Assembly (NCBI GenBank): GCA_964187785.1
Contig: OZ076414.1
Coordinates: 65,596,001 to 65,660,000 of the forward strand
Source: Amphiscolops sp. MND2022
Taxonomy: Eukaryota
Length of the DNA: 64,000 bases
Direction of reading: 5' to 3'
Shown here: positions 1 to 12,144 of the stretch, one piece after another
Layout of the letters: each line of letters opens with the position of its first letter
Numbering within the stretch: the stretch's first letter is position 1
Made by a program: the position numbers and the translations under genes
Notes under the pieces: generated by a model
Databases searched by the model: none
What the model was told of the DNA's origin: nothing
Seen by the model: only the letters and a program-made list of their open reading frames with translations

Positions 1-1690
1 CCTCCGTCGACAATAAGGACGTCCCTTCAGCAGGAGTTGTTCTATTAGGTTCAAACGTTGGCTGTTTTGAGTCGCACTAGCGTTGTCTAGAGAAAAAACA
101 ATTGCAATAACTGCCCTTTTTGAAGTAAAACAAGACCTGAACGCGTCCCAAATTGGGTTTGCAATTCTCAAAAACTTTTTGAGCGTTTGTAAGATCAACC
201 ATTCACTGCGAAGCCTTCCTCCCATTTCATCACATTGTTTACAAGTCTTCGACCAACACATACGCGTTTGCTTGGAGCGCATAATAAATTGTCCCCAAGT
301 ATGTGACAAAATCCCCAACCTCCCTCAGGAGGACGTGTGTTACAAATAGCTTCTCATGCTCCCAACTTGTTGTCTTAGCTCACCAGTTTGTTCAGGTCAA
401 CGAAAGCAGATTGCAATTGCAAAGTGGCATGAAAAAAACGCTGGTTAGATGGAGACATTCGTGGGCTGTCGGCCGAAAGCACACGAAAAGGAATCACTAA
501 AGGAATCAAACACCAATGAAAGATATTCAAAAACGCAAAATAGAGCGCGCTACGCTAATGGCTAAGGAAGGCAACTTAGGCAAGGCTGTACAATGCCTTC
601 AATCTCTGGGAAAGCAGCAAAAATGAACGTATACTTGATCAGTTGATCGAAAAGCACCCGACTGGAAAAGTCGTAACCTGCAAACACCTTCCACTCCGCT
701 TTGAACACCCCGAAAAGCTTTCAACTGCTTTGTCTTCCGCAGCTTCAAAGTACATCTGTGGCGCCAAACTAATTGCGCTGAACAAAAACAGTGACACTTT
801 TTGTCCAATTGCTGTGGGAGAGGTTATTTTTTCGAAGGTTGCATGTAGTTCAGTACTTTCGGATGCAAGAAAATTACTGGTCCCCCATCAAGTGGGAGTT
901 GGAGTCCCTGCTGCCTGTTAAAGCGTAATTCACAGCGTCCGTGACTTCATCGAAGCCAATGATCACAGAGACGATATGGCGATGCTAGAAGTTGACTTCA
1001 CAAACGCGTCCAATTTAGTAGACAGGCAAACTTTCATAAACGAGGTTAAAACGAAACTCCGCAGCATATACAACTGGTTGGTGTTTTGTTACGGCAACGA
1101 AAGCATACTTGACTCTGATGGCTTCACGATACAGAGTTCTTGCGGCGTTCAACAAAGTGACTTTCTTGGTTGACTCATTGTTGCGTTAGCCCTAAACTCA
1201 CTAGTTGCAAAAGTCAATGCCTCGTGCTCACTCACGTTACACATTTGGTTCTTCGACGACGGAACCCTCAAAGGTTGCAAAGCCGATTTACTAAAAGCAT
1301 TAGATCTTTTATCCACAGAAGGAAAACAGTCTGGTTTCGAAGTAAACTTTGAGAAATGCGAACTCTTCTGGCCCAAAGACACCGATACATCTGAGCCTCC
1401 GTCGACAATAAGGACGTCCCTTCAGCAGGAGTTGTTCTATTAGGTTCAAACGTTGGCTGTTTTGAGTCGCACTAGCGTTGTCTAGAGAAAAAACAATTGC
1501 AATAACTGCCCTTTTTGAAGTAAAACAAGACCTGAACGCGTCCCAAATTGGGTTTGCAATTCTCAAAAACTTTTTGAGCGTTTGTAAGATCAACCATTCA
1601 CTGCGAAGCCTTCCTCCCATTTCATCACATTGTTTACAAGTCTTCGACCAACACATACGCGTTTGCTTGGAGCGCATAATAAATTGTCCC
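1..1690 (+). repeat. Tandem duplication, 1395-bp period: 1-295 matches 1396-1690
   Basis: cctccgtcgacaataaggac...ataaattgtccc occurs at 1 and 1396 with no difference seen by eye; ORFs 83.. and 1478.. share the same first ~70 aa. Confidence 0.95.
790..1400 (+). pseudogene. Reverse transcriptase domain of the CRE element (stops at ~919 and ~1171)
   Basis: ORFs 643..921 and 976..1173 continue in frame through stops to WFFDDGTLKG and EKCELFW. Confidence 0.85.
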
Positions 1691-2129
1691 ATCGCTGACC
1701 TACAATGGCAATTAGCTCTCCTTCAGTTGTTTAATGGAGGCTTGGGTCTGCGATGTGCCTCAAACACCCAACTACCTGCCTATTTGGCATCCCGAACATC
1801 AACCTGGCAAAACGTGCCAGCTCAACACGAAGTAGCCACGATTTGAGAAACGCGACTGAAGATTTCTCAAAACAAGTTCGGGGTTTTGACTTGGAAGAAC
1901 ATTGGGGTGTAGAGCGTGGGCTCCGAGAATGTTCCAGCAGCTACATAATGAAACAACAAGTAGGGTCATTCTTCGAACAGTCAGACGCTCTCACACCCGC
2001 TAACACACTGTCGTTCACATTACTACATGGTACAGACTCCCTCTGTGCAAAGCCATCAAAAATCCTCGGAATAAAATTCAGAAACTCGGAATTTTGCATT
2101 ACACTGTGCCGATAACTACAAGCACAAAT

Positions 2130-2629
2130 TCTTGACCAAACACGAACGTGCATTGCCTGTAACTCATCCCCTACGGACATCTTCGGCGATCATGCCTTAA
2201 GTCGTTCAACCTCAGTGACCGCATATCTTGGCACAATGACACCAGAGCCTTGCTTTTCCATGCTTGCATATCTGCTGGTTTGTTCCCTGTCCTGGAAGCT
2301 AAGGGTCTATCAGAGTCCAGTCGTGGACGCCCCGGGGACATCTTTATTCCAAACGTGGCGCACGGGTCACCAGCTGCTATAGACGTTACCCTAACCTGCC
2401 CGCTGCACTCTACTGGTATTAACAGAGCGGCGTAAGAAGTAGGGTACGCGTGGAAGTTGGCTGAAGAGAGGAGAAGTTAGCTGCTTCGGCTGAGCTATGC
2501 CAACAAAGCGGATTCGAGATTATACCCCTAGCTTTAGAAACTAGTGCGACTACGTTCTTGATAGTGCTGGCCGAACGATGCGCCGAGAATAACCTGCGAG
2601 ACCGTGCTGGCTGAGAAATTTCAACTTTT
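2130..2629 (+). pseudogene. Zinc knuckle plus restriction-like endonuclease (PD..D) of the CRE element, frameshifted and truncated
   Basis: CIACNSSPTDIFGDHA; GRPGDIFIPNVAHGSPAAIDVT; GFEIIPLALETSATT. Confidence 0.75.
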
Positions 2630-2869
2630 TGTACTGCTTGAAGTCGTTCGATGTTTGCTTTTAGTTCTTTTGGATGAGACATAAAAGTTTCTAAGTTCTA
2701 AGCAAAACCGTTTCGCATAGCTAGCTCACCTTTATTTTCCACAAGTTCTAGACTGACTGAGATATCGGAGTTTCAACTAGTTTCTCTCCTAACTGAGAAG
2801 TCCTCTAGAATCAAATATTCAAGTTATTCTTCTGAATATAAAGTTAAAATCTTTATATCAGGGATGACA
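2630..2869 (-). repeat. LTR (240 bp, TG...CA), putative 3' LTR of element A
   Basis: tgtactgctt...gggatgaca aligns along its length with 15746-15986 (shared gttctttt.gatgagac, agcaaaaccgtt.cgcat.gctagct, gagtttcaactagtttctctc.taactgagaag). Confidence 0.8.
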
Positions 2870-2872
2870 TTA

Positions 2873-3072
2873 NNNNNNNNNNNNNNNNNNNNNNNNNNNN
2901 NNNNNNNNNNNNNNNNNNNNNNNNNNNNNNNNNNNNNNNNNNNNNNNNNNNNNNNNNNNNNNNNNNNNNNNNNNNNNNNNNNNNNNNNNNNNNNNNNNNN
3001 NNNNNNNNNNNNNNNNNNNNNNNNNNNNNNNNNNNNNNNNNNNNNNNNNNNNNNNNNNNNNNNNNNNNNNNN
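2873..3072. other. Assembly gap (200 N)
   Basis: N run. Confidence 1.
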
Positions 3073-3399
3073 CACAAAAAATGTCCGACAATGTCCGGAG
3101 TCCATTTCTAAAAATGATTGCTAATATGAGTACACGATTACAAGTTTACAAGATTAAATATGACGGCTAAATAGACAATCAGCGTTAAAATTGATGAAAT
3201 TGTTGGTAATTATAAGATTATACGAGTACACGATTACAATTACGGTTAATAACAATGATTACAAGGTTATACAAAAACAAGAATGGTTGAGATTTTTTGT
3301 TTAGGTTAAATTACAGACCAGGCTAAAGTTTGAAGCGTTGTGGAGTTTGCAGTGGAGGAGAGAGTTCTGCAAGTGAGGGTGCCGAAAACAGCGACGAAA

Positions 3400-4317
3400 G
3401 TGACTACGATGTAAAGACATCTGGTTATGCCAAAGAAGGGCAGTTGTGATCTGAAGTCGTGAAGAACAGTTCAGCGAGGTATGTGCATCTTAGGTCAGCA
3501 GCATTGGAGGTCAAGGTGAGAAAGTGAAGATTTAGTTGCCAGTAGAGGACAAAGAAGTGGAGAATGTCCATTTGAAATGAGGACAGAAGAGTGAAGATGA
3601 AGTCATGAAGGTTAGTAAAATGGGTGTTGTTGAGGATAATTAGTTTGGTTTTTATCTGGACTATACTGTTCTAATTTCTGGTGGTATCGGAAGTCAAGCA
3701 TGACCGCGTTGAAAACTTGTCGGGCTTCTTCGAGAGCAGCATGGAAAAGGTGATCTTTTTTTGGTAAAAGACGAGTCGATAATGAAGACAGCATTAGAAG
3801 TCGTTTCGCAGATTGCAATGTTAGGACCGTCCATATGAAGACGGTTGTATTGCTCGCAATGGAGGTTCTTTTTCCTAGTTTTCAAACATTATACAAACTA
3901 TGAGGAAAGAACGAGTAGTAGCTTTGGTAATTTTATCGTTGTTGATCTTTAATGATAATTGAATGTCATGGTGTTAAAGATGGCGGCTTTCAAAGTTTCA
4001 GGTGTGGTAGTTGATGGAACGATTTTTGGTGTGGAGCCATTGCTATGACTGCGTGGAAGAGAGAAATGAAGTAAGGAGCTAAGAGGCAGATCCTGGTAGA
4101 ATACAGTGGTGGACGTGGATGCTGAAGGAAGAAAAGAAGAAGGTTGCGTAAAATCCAGGTAAATTGACGTAGTAGTTGTTGGAGTTAACCAAATATGACG
4201 TTGAAAGAGACAAAGAAGACGTTGAATGAGGAAAAGTTTCGAACACAAAATAAATCTGAATGGTGAAATTTTGATGGTTCTGTTGATTTGTACTATAAAT
4301 TTGTGATGAAAGTTCAT
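3400..4317 (-). pseudogene. Accessory ORF X2 of element A (unknown function, frameshifted)
   Basis: RLHMDGPNIAICETTSNAVFIIDSSFTKK/DHLFHAALEEARQVFNAVMLDFRYHQKLEQY aligns with RIHLDGPKIAKCETASNVVFVLNSSFTTKDHYFRTALQEATDLFNNMLQDFGYTQKLELY at 20405..20791. Confidence 0.6.
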
Positions 4318-4599
4318 GTACTAGAAGTAGTTTAGAATAGAGTTCCAAAGCTTGTTGTTCAATCGTGTTTAATAAATTTCATATAAAGATGTCCAAAAGA
4401 GAAAAATTAAATAAGCGAAATAAAAATGTAAGATATTATTAGATGTACTCTATGTGACAAACAGTTTCAAAGAAATTATTAGTATCACAGGTACAAAATG
4501 TATGTAGAAAGGTAGAAAACCAGAAAAGCAGAAGTGGTCCAAAAACTTGAAAAAAGTTCGTATCACCTGCGGAGTTGTAACATCATTTATTGAGAAAAA

Positions 4600-6223
4600 A
4601 AGAGTTGTAATTGAGTCTAAGGCAGATTGAATTGCCTGTGAAGATTGAGAGATTCGTTGCGAATCCAACTCAAGGGATTGAAGGTACGTTCATGGCAGTC
4701 CATCTGAGAGTGAGTGGTGTATCAGAGGGATTTTTTTATGTGGTTCGAGATCTCTTTTATATCGCGAACTGTACGAAGATTAAGCATAACAGACATTTTG
4801 TCAGATGTAGTTTGAGATGTTTTAGAATCGATGGCATTCAATAAATTTGTGTTCTATTTTTTTGTGCAGATCTCACTCTGAATGAAATGACTTTTGCTGA
4901 AATAAAGAGTAGTTCATTTTACGAATAGGATTGTTTTTAGAAAGTGCGGTTTAGTATGAAGTGTCTTTGTCGTCAAGAGGCGAAGAAACAAGACGTTTGA
5001 AAACGGCAAATAGTTTGACTATTTGTGTAGGAATGTTGCAGGGCAACAATAAGTCGACGAAATGTATCAAAGACTCTTGAGGTACAACAAGCGGGCGATA
5101 CGTTTCATTGTGAGGAAGTAGTCAAAAAAATTGTTTAATAAGATGATAGTATCGTAGATAGCCTGTATTATTTGAGTGATCAAGTGTATAGAGATTTGTC
5201 ATTGTGAAAGAAGTATATTTGTAATTTGCGAATATGTAGTTTGTGGTTTTTGGTACTGTAGATATATTGTATATGTTTGATGATGGGTGGCTTTTTGTGA
5301 AATAGAAAGAAATGAAGGGTCATATTCATTCATCTGTTTTCAAATAGTTTATAGACGGGCGAAGACAGTTGAACTGTAATGAGAAAACTTTTACACCGTT
5401 TTCGAGCCAATACTGGAATGGAGGCATGATTTTTGAAACAGTCGAAGTAAAGAAACTTTGATTTGTATCATACCGTTTGAATGTGAAGTCAGTAGGATGC
5501 ATATAAAGAGAGCTAGTTGTGATTTAAAGGTGAAGTGGTCGTGTGAAAGAATTGTTATTAAATTGTCATCTCTATTCGTAGAGAGTGAGGGTTTCGAAGG
5601 TAGAATAGGTGGATATTCAGGTGAAGAAAGAAACGCAGGATCTTTCACTACTTCGTACTCCTTTTTCGGAGGTGCTGGTGTTTCAAGAGAACTATCATTA
5701 GTTATTGCGGGAGGTGTACGTTCTGTTAGAGAGACAGTGTTATGTTCATCTTGTTCTGAATTTGTTTTAGGTTGGTCTTGGTCCATAGCTTCAAAAAAAA
5801 GAACCGGAGAATCGTTAAATAGAGGCTGAGTTATAAGATCAGTAGTAGTCTGTTCGAGGTAAGTTGGCAAGTCAAGTTGTGCTTGAGTCATATTTGAAGA
5901 TTGTTCAAAAAAATACACTAACGAGTGGCTTTGTCTGAAATTTCGGGTGGAGGTGCAAGTACTAGAAGGTTAATAGTAGGATTGTGTGTTCTATTTATTG
6001 TGATTTCAATTACTGGCGTAATTTCAAGAGGAGGAAGGAGCTCAATTTTGAAAATTTTGAAGAGTGAGTTAGGTGTTGCAAAGATGAAGTGTTTTTGAGG
6101 AGTTTCAAAGAGCAGCCTATACTGGAGATATGAAAAGTCAGAATGAATTGGCCTTGAAAGATGGCGGAGTGAAAGGGTAATTTGTTTTGGAATATACTCT
6201 GACAGGGCTTTCATTTTCATCAT
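4600..6223 (-). pseudogene. Accessory ORF X1 of element A (unknown function, frameshifted)
   Basis: MTQAQLDL..LEQTTTDLITQPLFNDSPVL..KDPAFLSSPEYPP..SLSTNRDDNLITILSHDHFTFKSQL aligns with ORF 21932..22735; homology continues to PLVVPQ..IHF.D.LLPCN.PTQ..SSPLDDKD. Confidence 0.65.
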
Positions 6224-6299
6224 TGACAGGAGTGGTATTTAAATGTTATTCAGTTGAGTTAAGTGTGACAGAGTGACAGTTGAATAATGATGTAATGTA

Positions 6300-8760
6300 G
6301 GTTATTGTGGTAGTGGTGAAGTATTGTAAATGATGCTGTCACTTATTGGGTTGATTATATGATCTTTTTCGTTTTGGAAAGATTTTTAATTGTGTTATAG
6401 ATGGAATTTGTTTTGGATGTTTTGTGTAGAAAAGATGAAATAATTCCAGACGGTTTAGTAGACGGATTGGTTGGATCAACTGAATTATCAAATTTACTAA
6501 TGGATGTTCAATTATTGTTGACAGATGGAAGTTGTTGTGAACATTTAATGGATGGTAGTGGTCTTGGGGTATCGCCATCGTTTAGGTCATTGACCATATC
6601 TGATGTGAGAATGTTTAAAAAATCCATGAGCAATAGAACTAAGATTAGTAATATTATGTTTAAAGTTGTGTTTCACAGAATTTGATTATTAAAGTTTGAG
6701 AATGAGTGTTAAATTGTTTGTATAAACAGAAATGTTGAGAAATAACTTCCACATTGGGTGAGAACGTAACATGGATATCCAAATAATGAAATAAAAGTAT
6801 CAGAGAACCATGTAGGCGTGGAAAAGTGAAGTTAGATTAAGGAGTTTATCATGTAGTCCAATACGTAATGTACAATAAGGATTTTATTATGCATTAGAGG
6901 AGTATTCATCATAATTTGGTGTATCAGAAGAAATAAAAGAATAGCTGAAAGCGTTTCCTAAAAGTTGTAAAGTGGTGTCAGAGTGTTTTGAAAATTGAAT
7001 TTTGTTCCAAGTTCTTCATTAGAATATATACCAGCCCAGCGTCTTGTGCTGTCTAAATATTAGGGCGTATTGTAGTTCTGATTTGAGGTGGTGTGAACAT
7101 AAGTGGTGGTTTACGTTTAATTGGTGCAGGTCTGAGAAAATTGCTGGTCATTCGAATCAGGATCGAGTTCAATAATGTTTCTAGGATTATCATCACATGT
7201 AAGAGGAGTAGCATAGTCATAAGTTTCTTGTATGATTGTGGCTACGTACGTAAGGGTATCTTTGAAATATATGGGAACATGATCGGAACAACAATTAGTT
7301 TTGAATAATTGAAAGGGAAATGTGGACAGTCATAAAGCCATGCAGTGGAACCTTCAACATAAAAAAAGTTGAGGGTTTTGTACTGACATTGCATGTACTG
7401 TAAGTATTTGGTTTCGTTCGAACTCACATACTGTTTGGAGGATGTTTAATCCTTGTACTGTCATGGAGCGGAAATTTTATTTGATTGTATGATCAATTTT
7501 TGTATTATTATGGGCATCGTAATCAATTGTAGCAAAGTTATTTGAAACCTTGAGGGCAGGAAAAACGTCCTTTTATTAGGGTCCAAAACCATTTGACCTG
7601 GGATATATTCTTTGATTACAGAGTGAGGAATTGGTTATCGTGTATGCATATTGAAACCATTTGTATATGTATCAAGAAAATCTGAATATTGTGTTGCATA
7701 AAGAGAATCTGGTTTACTACAAAATGTTTTGTTTGAGCATGTGGAGAGACTTTAAAGCGTGAAAGACTAGGATTGTGTGGATTTTGTGTATGCGGAGCGT
7801 GTACATATGGGAAGGGAGTTCCTTCCATACTATGACTTGTCTCCGATTTATTTGGGATGGAAGCGTGTACAAAAGAATCTGTTTCTATCGGTCTTCTATT
7901 TTAGTCATTCGACCAACAAAATCTCGTTATGTAAAAATGAAAAAAAATTATCATTAAACCAAACCAAAGTATAGGTTGTTTTGGTGGTTGGTTTGCCGAA
8001 ACCATCTGCAAAATAGCAAGCTATTGTATGATCATCAGTTACCATAACATTTTCAGTATCGTCATATGTAGGTTCTATTTTAGAAATTGCGAGTCTCCAA
8101 CTGATTAGGTTAATTTCGAACTGATGATGAGCGAGACAGTTATGAAGAGGATTGCGTTTTGGGTCGAAAAGATTTATCTGCAGGCATAAAACTAAAAGTA
8201 TCAGTGTACACTTAGTTGAATTTATAGACAGTTAAAAGAGTTTGAAATTGTTTTAATTTGTTTTGAAAATAAGGTTTTCGAGTAGGGTAAAAACTTTGTT
8301 ATAGTTTAAGTTGTTTAATAATTCAATATTAACGACCCACGAGTACCATTGAGGTGTCGAATATGGTTTGTGCAATCTAAAGGATCAAAGGTAGCAGGAA
8401 TTGGCATTGTGTTATGATTCCAACAGCTCTATCTACTCGTCTGTATTTTACAGAGCCTTGAAAACGTATCGTGCGTTCTTTTATTGCATAAGCTTCACAT
8501 TTGAAAACTTTAATTCGTTTAGCGTTTGCGCGAACATAGACTCGTGCTTGAACAATATTGTGTTGTATATTAGATGGAGCTTCAGTGCGTTGCTCTACAT
8601 TTAATAACTTAAATTGGCGAAAATTATGTTGTTTTGCACAATCTTACTGAGAAACCATGATGTTTGTAATATTAGGATCATCTGATGGAGGATAAATTTC
8701 TGTTTCAATTAGGTCACAAGGAATGGTTTGAGTAATATAAAATAGTAAGAAATAGAGTGT
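6300..8760 (-). pseudogene. env: Envelope glycoprotein, class III fusion-like (chuvirus G / gB-type pattern), many stops and frameshifts
   Basis: Hydrophobic leader LYFLLFYITQTIPC (~8750), then DCAKQHNFRQFKLLNVEQ.TEAPSNI..ARVYVRANAKRIKVFKCEAY (8643 down), DPLDCTNHIRHLNGT, HTIACYFADGF.KPTTKTTYTLVWF, QTVCEFERNQILTVHAMSVQNPQL, VEGSTAWLYDCPHF, TCDDNPRNIIELDPD, and a C-terminal TM segment GYPCYVLTQCGSYFSTFLFIQTI (~6780-6710). Confidence 0.7.
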
Positions 8761-8769
8761 GATATTGGT

Positions 8770-9950
8770 TTAAGAAAGTACTGATTTTGTATTAAAAGGA
8801 TGTTGTATATTTAAGTCCTGAATAGGGTTTGTAACAATTTGACTATATGTTATAGCAAGAAGTTGAGGGTCACGAATACTGTCTATATAAGTGACTTCAA
8901 ATGGAACAGGGATAGTCTTATGTTCCATTTTAGCAACGTGAAACATTGAAAGAGGTTTTAAACCTTGAAATTTAACTTTACCTTCAAACTTCATTTGTAT
9001 ATTAGTGTTTTGGATTCTTTTTAGTGCTGTTTCTTTTCTTTTGTTTGGAAGTAGACCATTAGTTGTAATAAAGCGTTCCGTCAGAGTAGGAAAACGAGGA
9101 TCGTTTTTTTGGGTCGTATATAGTTATATCGTCAACACGTATAGGTTGGTCTGCAAAATTAGGAGTTGGTGGTCGAGAATTATCTGCTGTGAAATATTCA
9201 GGTAGGGTAGTCTCATGAGGAAGTGAGGATAGTTGAGAGTGAGAACGAGGTGTAATAGGTCTTTCAGATATAGGAGGTCTACTAATGTGGTAGAAGCCGA
9301 GGAATATGTATCTGTAATATGTGATCTTGATCTTTTGGAAGGAGTGACTGGAATTACATTGCAAGGTTAAGTTGGTATAACAATTGGAGATTCAGAAATA
9401 GAAAATAGACTAGGAGCAGAGGGAGATGTTTCAGATGAAGAATACAGGATGATAATGAGTGAAGGCAATTCGATGTCTGAGTGAGTCTTCTGTCAACTGT
9501 TGTATTATTGCTACTTGTTTTAATCAAGGTGTTGAGAGTTTTGGAGGTGGTATGAAAAGACGATAATCCTTTCGTGGTTGTTGTCTTAAGTTATAATGGG
9601 TTTTATTACTTCGTTCAGTTTAGTTTTGAGAAAAGTGTCAAGATCGATCAAAGAGTAGATTTATTTGATGAGTTTTATATATTTGTTTGAAAGGTGAGTT
9701 GTCAGTTTGTGTCTTGAGTGGGTTATTATTTGAAGGGGAATTAGAAGAAGTGGATTCTGAATTTGAAGAGGGTATTAAATGTTTTGATTGGTAAGGTACG
9801 GAGAGATCATCTTGTCAAGATATTTCATTAGAAAGGGATTGTTCAGAATTAAATGTTGATTAGTCGCTATTAGCATCTTTAATTGGTTTTGGATTGTCAT
9901 ATTGAGTGGAGTCTGAGAAACGCATTGAGTGGAGTCTGAGAGGTTCTTTT
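8770..9950 (-). pseudogene. Ser/Thr/Pro-rich region plus KFEGKVKFQGLK block between integrase and env
   Basis: ORFs 9059..9364 and 8770..8994; a KFEINIKFQILK counterpart occurs at ~54640 in element C after a similar low-complexity tract. Confidence 0.45.
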
Positions 9951-9959
9951 GGATAGTAA

Positions 9960-11200
9960 AGTATCAAATGGTTTCGATGTGAGGTTTTTTTAAAAAAAGG
10001 ATCCATCTTGAGAAAGAAGTTCATATGTTACATCAGAAAGGCGATCAAGTATCTTGTATGGTCCAATCTGAAGGGGTTTTAGTATGTCAGAAAATTGAAC
10101 GTGTGCAAAGTATCGTTTTAGCACGAAAGTTCCGATACGGAGAGGTTTTCCTTCATGATAGATTTTTGTAATATAAGCTTGAGAGTTAATTTAACGAAGA
10201 GTGTAGTCACATACTGTCGAATAAACTTGTAACATAGCTGTTTCAACAGCAAGAAACCATTGAGAAAGAGGATTCAAAAGTGTACGATAAAAAAAGATTA
10301 GGATCTGTTTTGTTATAGTGGGAATGTTCAGATAGAGCGGAGCAATATTGTAAAATTCATGTTTTGTTTGAATTTTGATTAAGGTTCAAGTCAAATGTGT
10401 GTGGAATTCGAGGACATGTATAAAAAAAACAATTTCATGAGGAGAAACTTCTAACGATGAAAGAGGTTCTGAATTATGTGCATTGGTGTACAAATGGAAT
10501 TGATGAGCCCCGTCTTTTGAAGTGTTGTTAAGAAACATACGGAGATCTGTACCAAAGTTTTCGTTTTGTATTTCACCGAGTCCATTTGTCCAAGGTGAGT
10601 AAGGGGTTCTAGGAGAGTGACGAATTCTCATGAGAGTACAGAATTGTGCCAATAAATGTTAATATATTCTAATCCACGATCAGTGACAAGGTTCATAGGT
10701 GGGCCAAATTTGATATCCAAATGATGAAGAAGTGATGTGACAGCAGTTTTAGCGTTATTGGATTTGATAGGAGCTGAAACAACAAAGTGACTAAAAGCAT
10801 CAACAATAACGTGTATGTAGGATTTGTTCTCTGAAGGAGGATTTATGGGGCCTCTGGTTTCCATGGAAATCCTGTAACTGAAAGAAGGAGCATGTTCTGA
10901 AAACAATTGTATTGGAGCAGTTCGATCTTTTTGGGTAAAATTTTTGTTGCGTTGACATTCGAGACACTCGTGTATAAAAATGGAAAGCCTTTTTTCAAGA
11001 AAAGGAATATAATAGTTTTGCGAAAAGGTGTTACAAGTAATTTTAAGAACTGTATGACAATCAACATGAAGTTTATTGAAAACTGTTTGAAAAAGACAAA
11101 ATGGTAGACACATTTTGAATGTAGTTTGGATAATTGTAGTATGTAGATTGGAGGATTGTGTCGAAGGGTTTTGTGTTCTTGTTTATAGATTATTTAAATT
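9960..11200 (-). pseudogene. Integrase of element A (HHCC, DDE core, GPY/F module)
   Basis: LH..H..YYIPFLEKRLSIFIHECLECQRNK; YIHVIVDAFSHFV; LVTDRGLEY; TPYSPWTNGLGEIQN; KPLQIGPYKILDRLSDVTYEL (~10020-10075). Confidence 0.9.
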
Positions 11201-11699
11201 AGTAAGGTCGTCTACAGAAAGTTGTGAAAAGATTTTGTAATATGCATGTAATATGGTGTACCAGTGATTTGATGTTTTGAGAGTTTGGGTTTAGTGTTAT
11301 AAGAGAGCCAGGAGTATTACAATTTTGAGCACTGGATCTTGGAATTGTTGTTGTTTAAGAGTGTGTGAATCTAAAGAGTTGTCATCAGGTAATAAGAAGG
11401 CTTGGAAACAGTTTTTGTATTTGAAGAAGGATGGGTCATAAAAAGGAATAACTTGTGATGAGTGTGTGGAGAGTTTTAATAGTTGTTGTTTATCAATGGC
11501 ATTAGCGGTAAAAATAAAGTATTAGGTGATTTATTAGGTGTTGAAAAGTTTTCATTTAGAAGAGTTTTGGCAGTTCCGAAAGGTGTTGAATCTTTTGGTA
11601 TCCTCGTGTGAATGTGGTCTTCATCATTACTGAGATTATCAGTGTCATTGAGTAAAAGAGATTGTTGATGAAGAGGTTTGTTATGCTTTTTATAGGATT

Positions 11700-12140
11700 T
11701 TTATATTTTGTTTCGAAAGAGATAATCGATGAGGAAGAAAAGGAGTCTAAAGGTTTGACAATGATATCATTGCCCTGTCGCAAACATAGGATAGGAGTCG
11801 TGTTTTCGATGAGGTAAATTTTCTTCGTGTTTAAAAAGGTAATGTATAGGCTTAATTGTATGATCTTGTAAGATTGCGAAGTCAATTCGTGGAGGAAGTT
11901 GTTAGTGTTTAAGTTTAATTTAATTTTGTTAAGTGCATTTGAGCACGATAAAACCTTTATTGGTAAAACAGTGTAATAATGGTCTGTGAAGAATATGATC
12001 TGTGAAGACGTGGATTGGATGCGGTGATCCAATGATGAAAAATTCATAGATCTGTAAGGCATGTAAAATACCAAGAAATTCACGATCAAGGGTGGACAGT
12101 TTTTGTTCTTGTGGATTAAGGAATCAAAAATTATAAGAAA
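11700..12140 (-). pseudogene. RNase H C-terminal part of element A, fused directly to the gag end (protease and RT deleted)
   Basis: LNPQEQKLSTLDREFLGILHALQIYEF.II.SPHP.HVFTDH starts ~12120, immediately after the gag tail; no DSG/DTG or YxDD between them. Confidence 0.8.
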
Positions 12141-12144
12141 AAAC

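Larger units (their letters stand above)
1..2629 (+). mobile_element. Decayed CRE-clade (RLE-type) non-LTR retrotransposon, 5' end outside window, 3' end cut by an LTR at 2630
   Basis: Stitched frames give KRKIERATLMAKEGNLGKAVQCLQS..KHP, FCPIAVGE, PHQVGVGVP, EVDFTNASNLVDR, GVQQSDFLG, WFFDDG (1246), NFEKCELF, QLFNGGLGLR..PAYLAS, a C-x2-C..H knuckle (CIACNS..FGDHA), RPGDIF (2328)..AIDVT and IIPLALET. This order and these motifs are typical of CRE-clade RT plus restriction-like endonuclease. Confidence 0.85.

Noticed and set aside
2824-3124. ORFs spanning the first N gap (and 39807-40207 at the second)
   Set aside because: Artefacts of translating N runs
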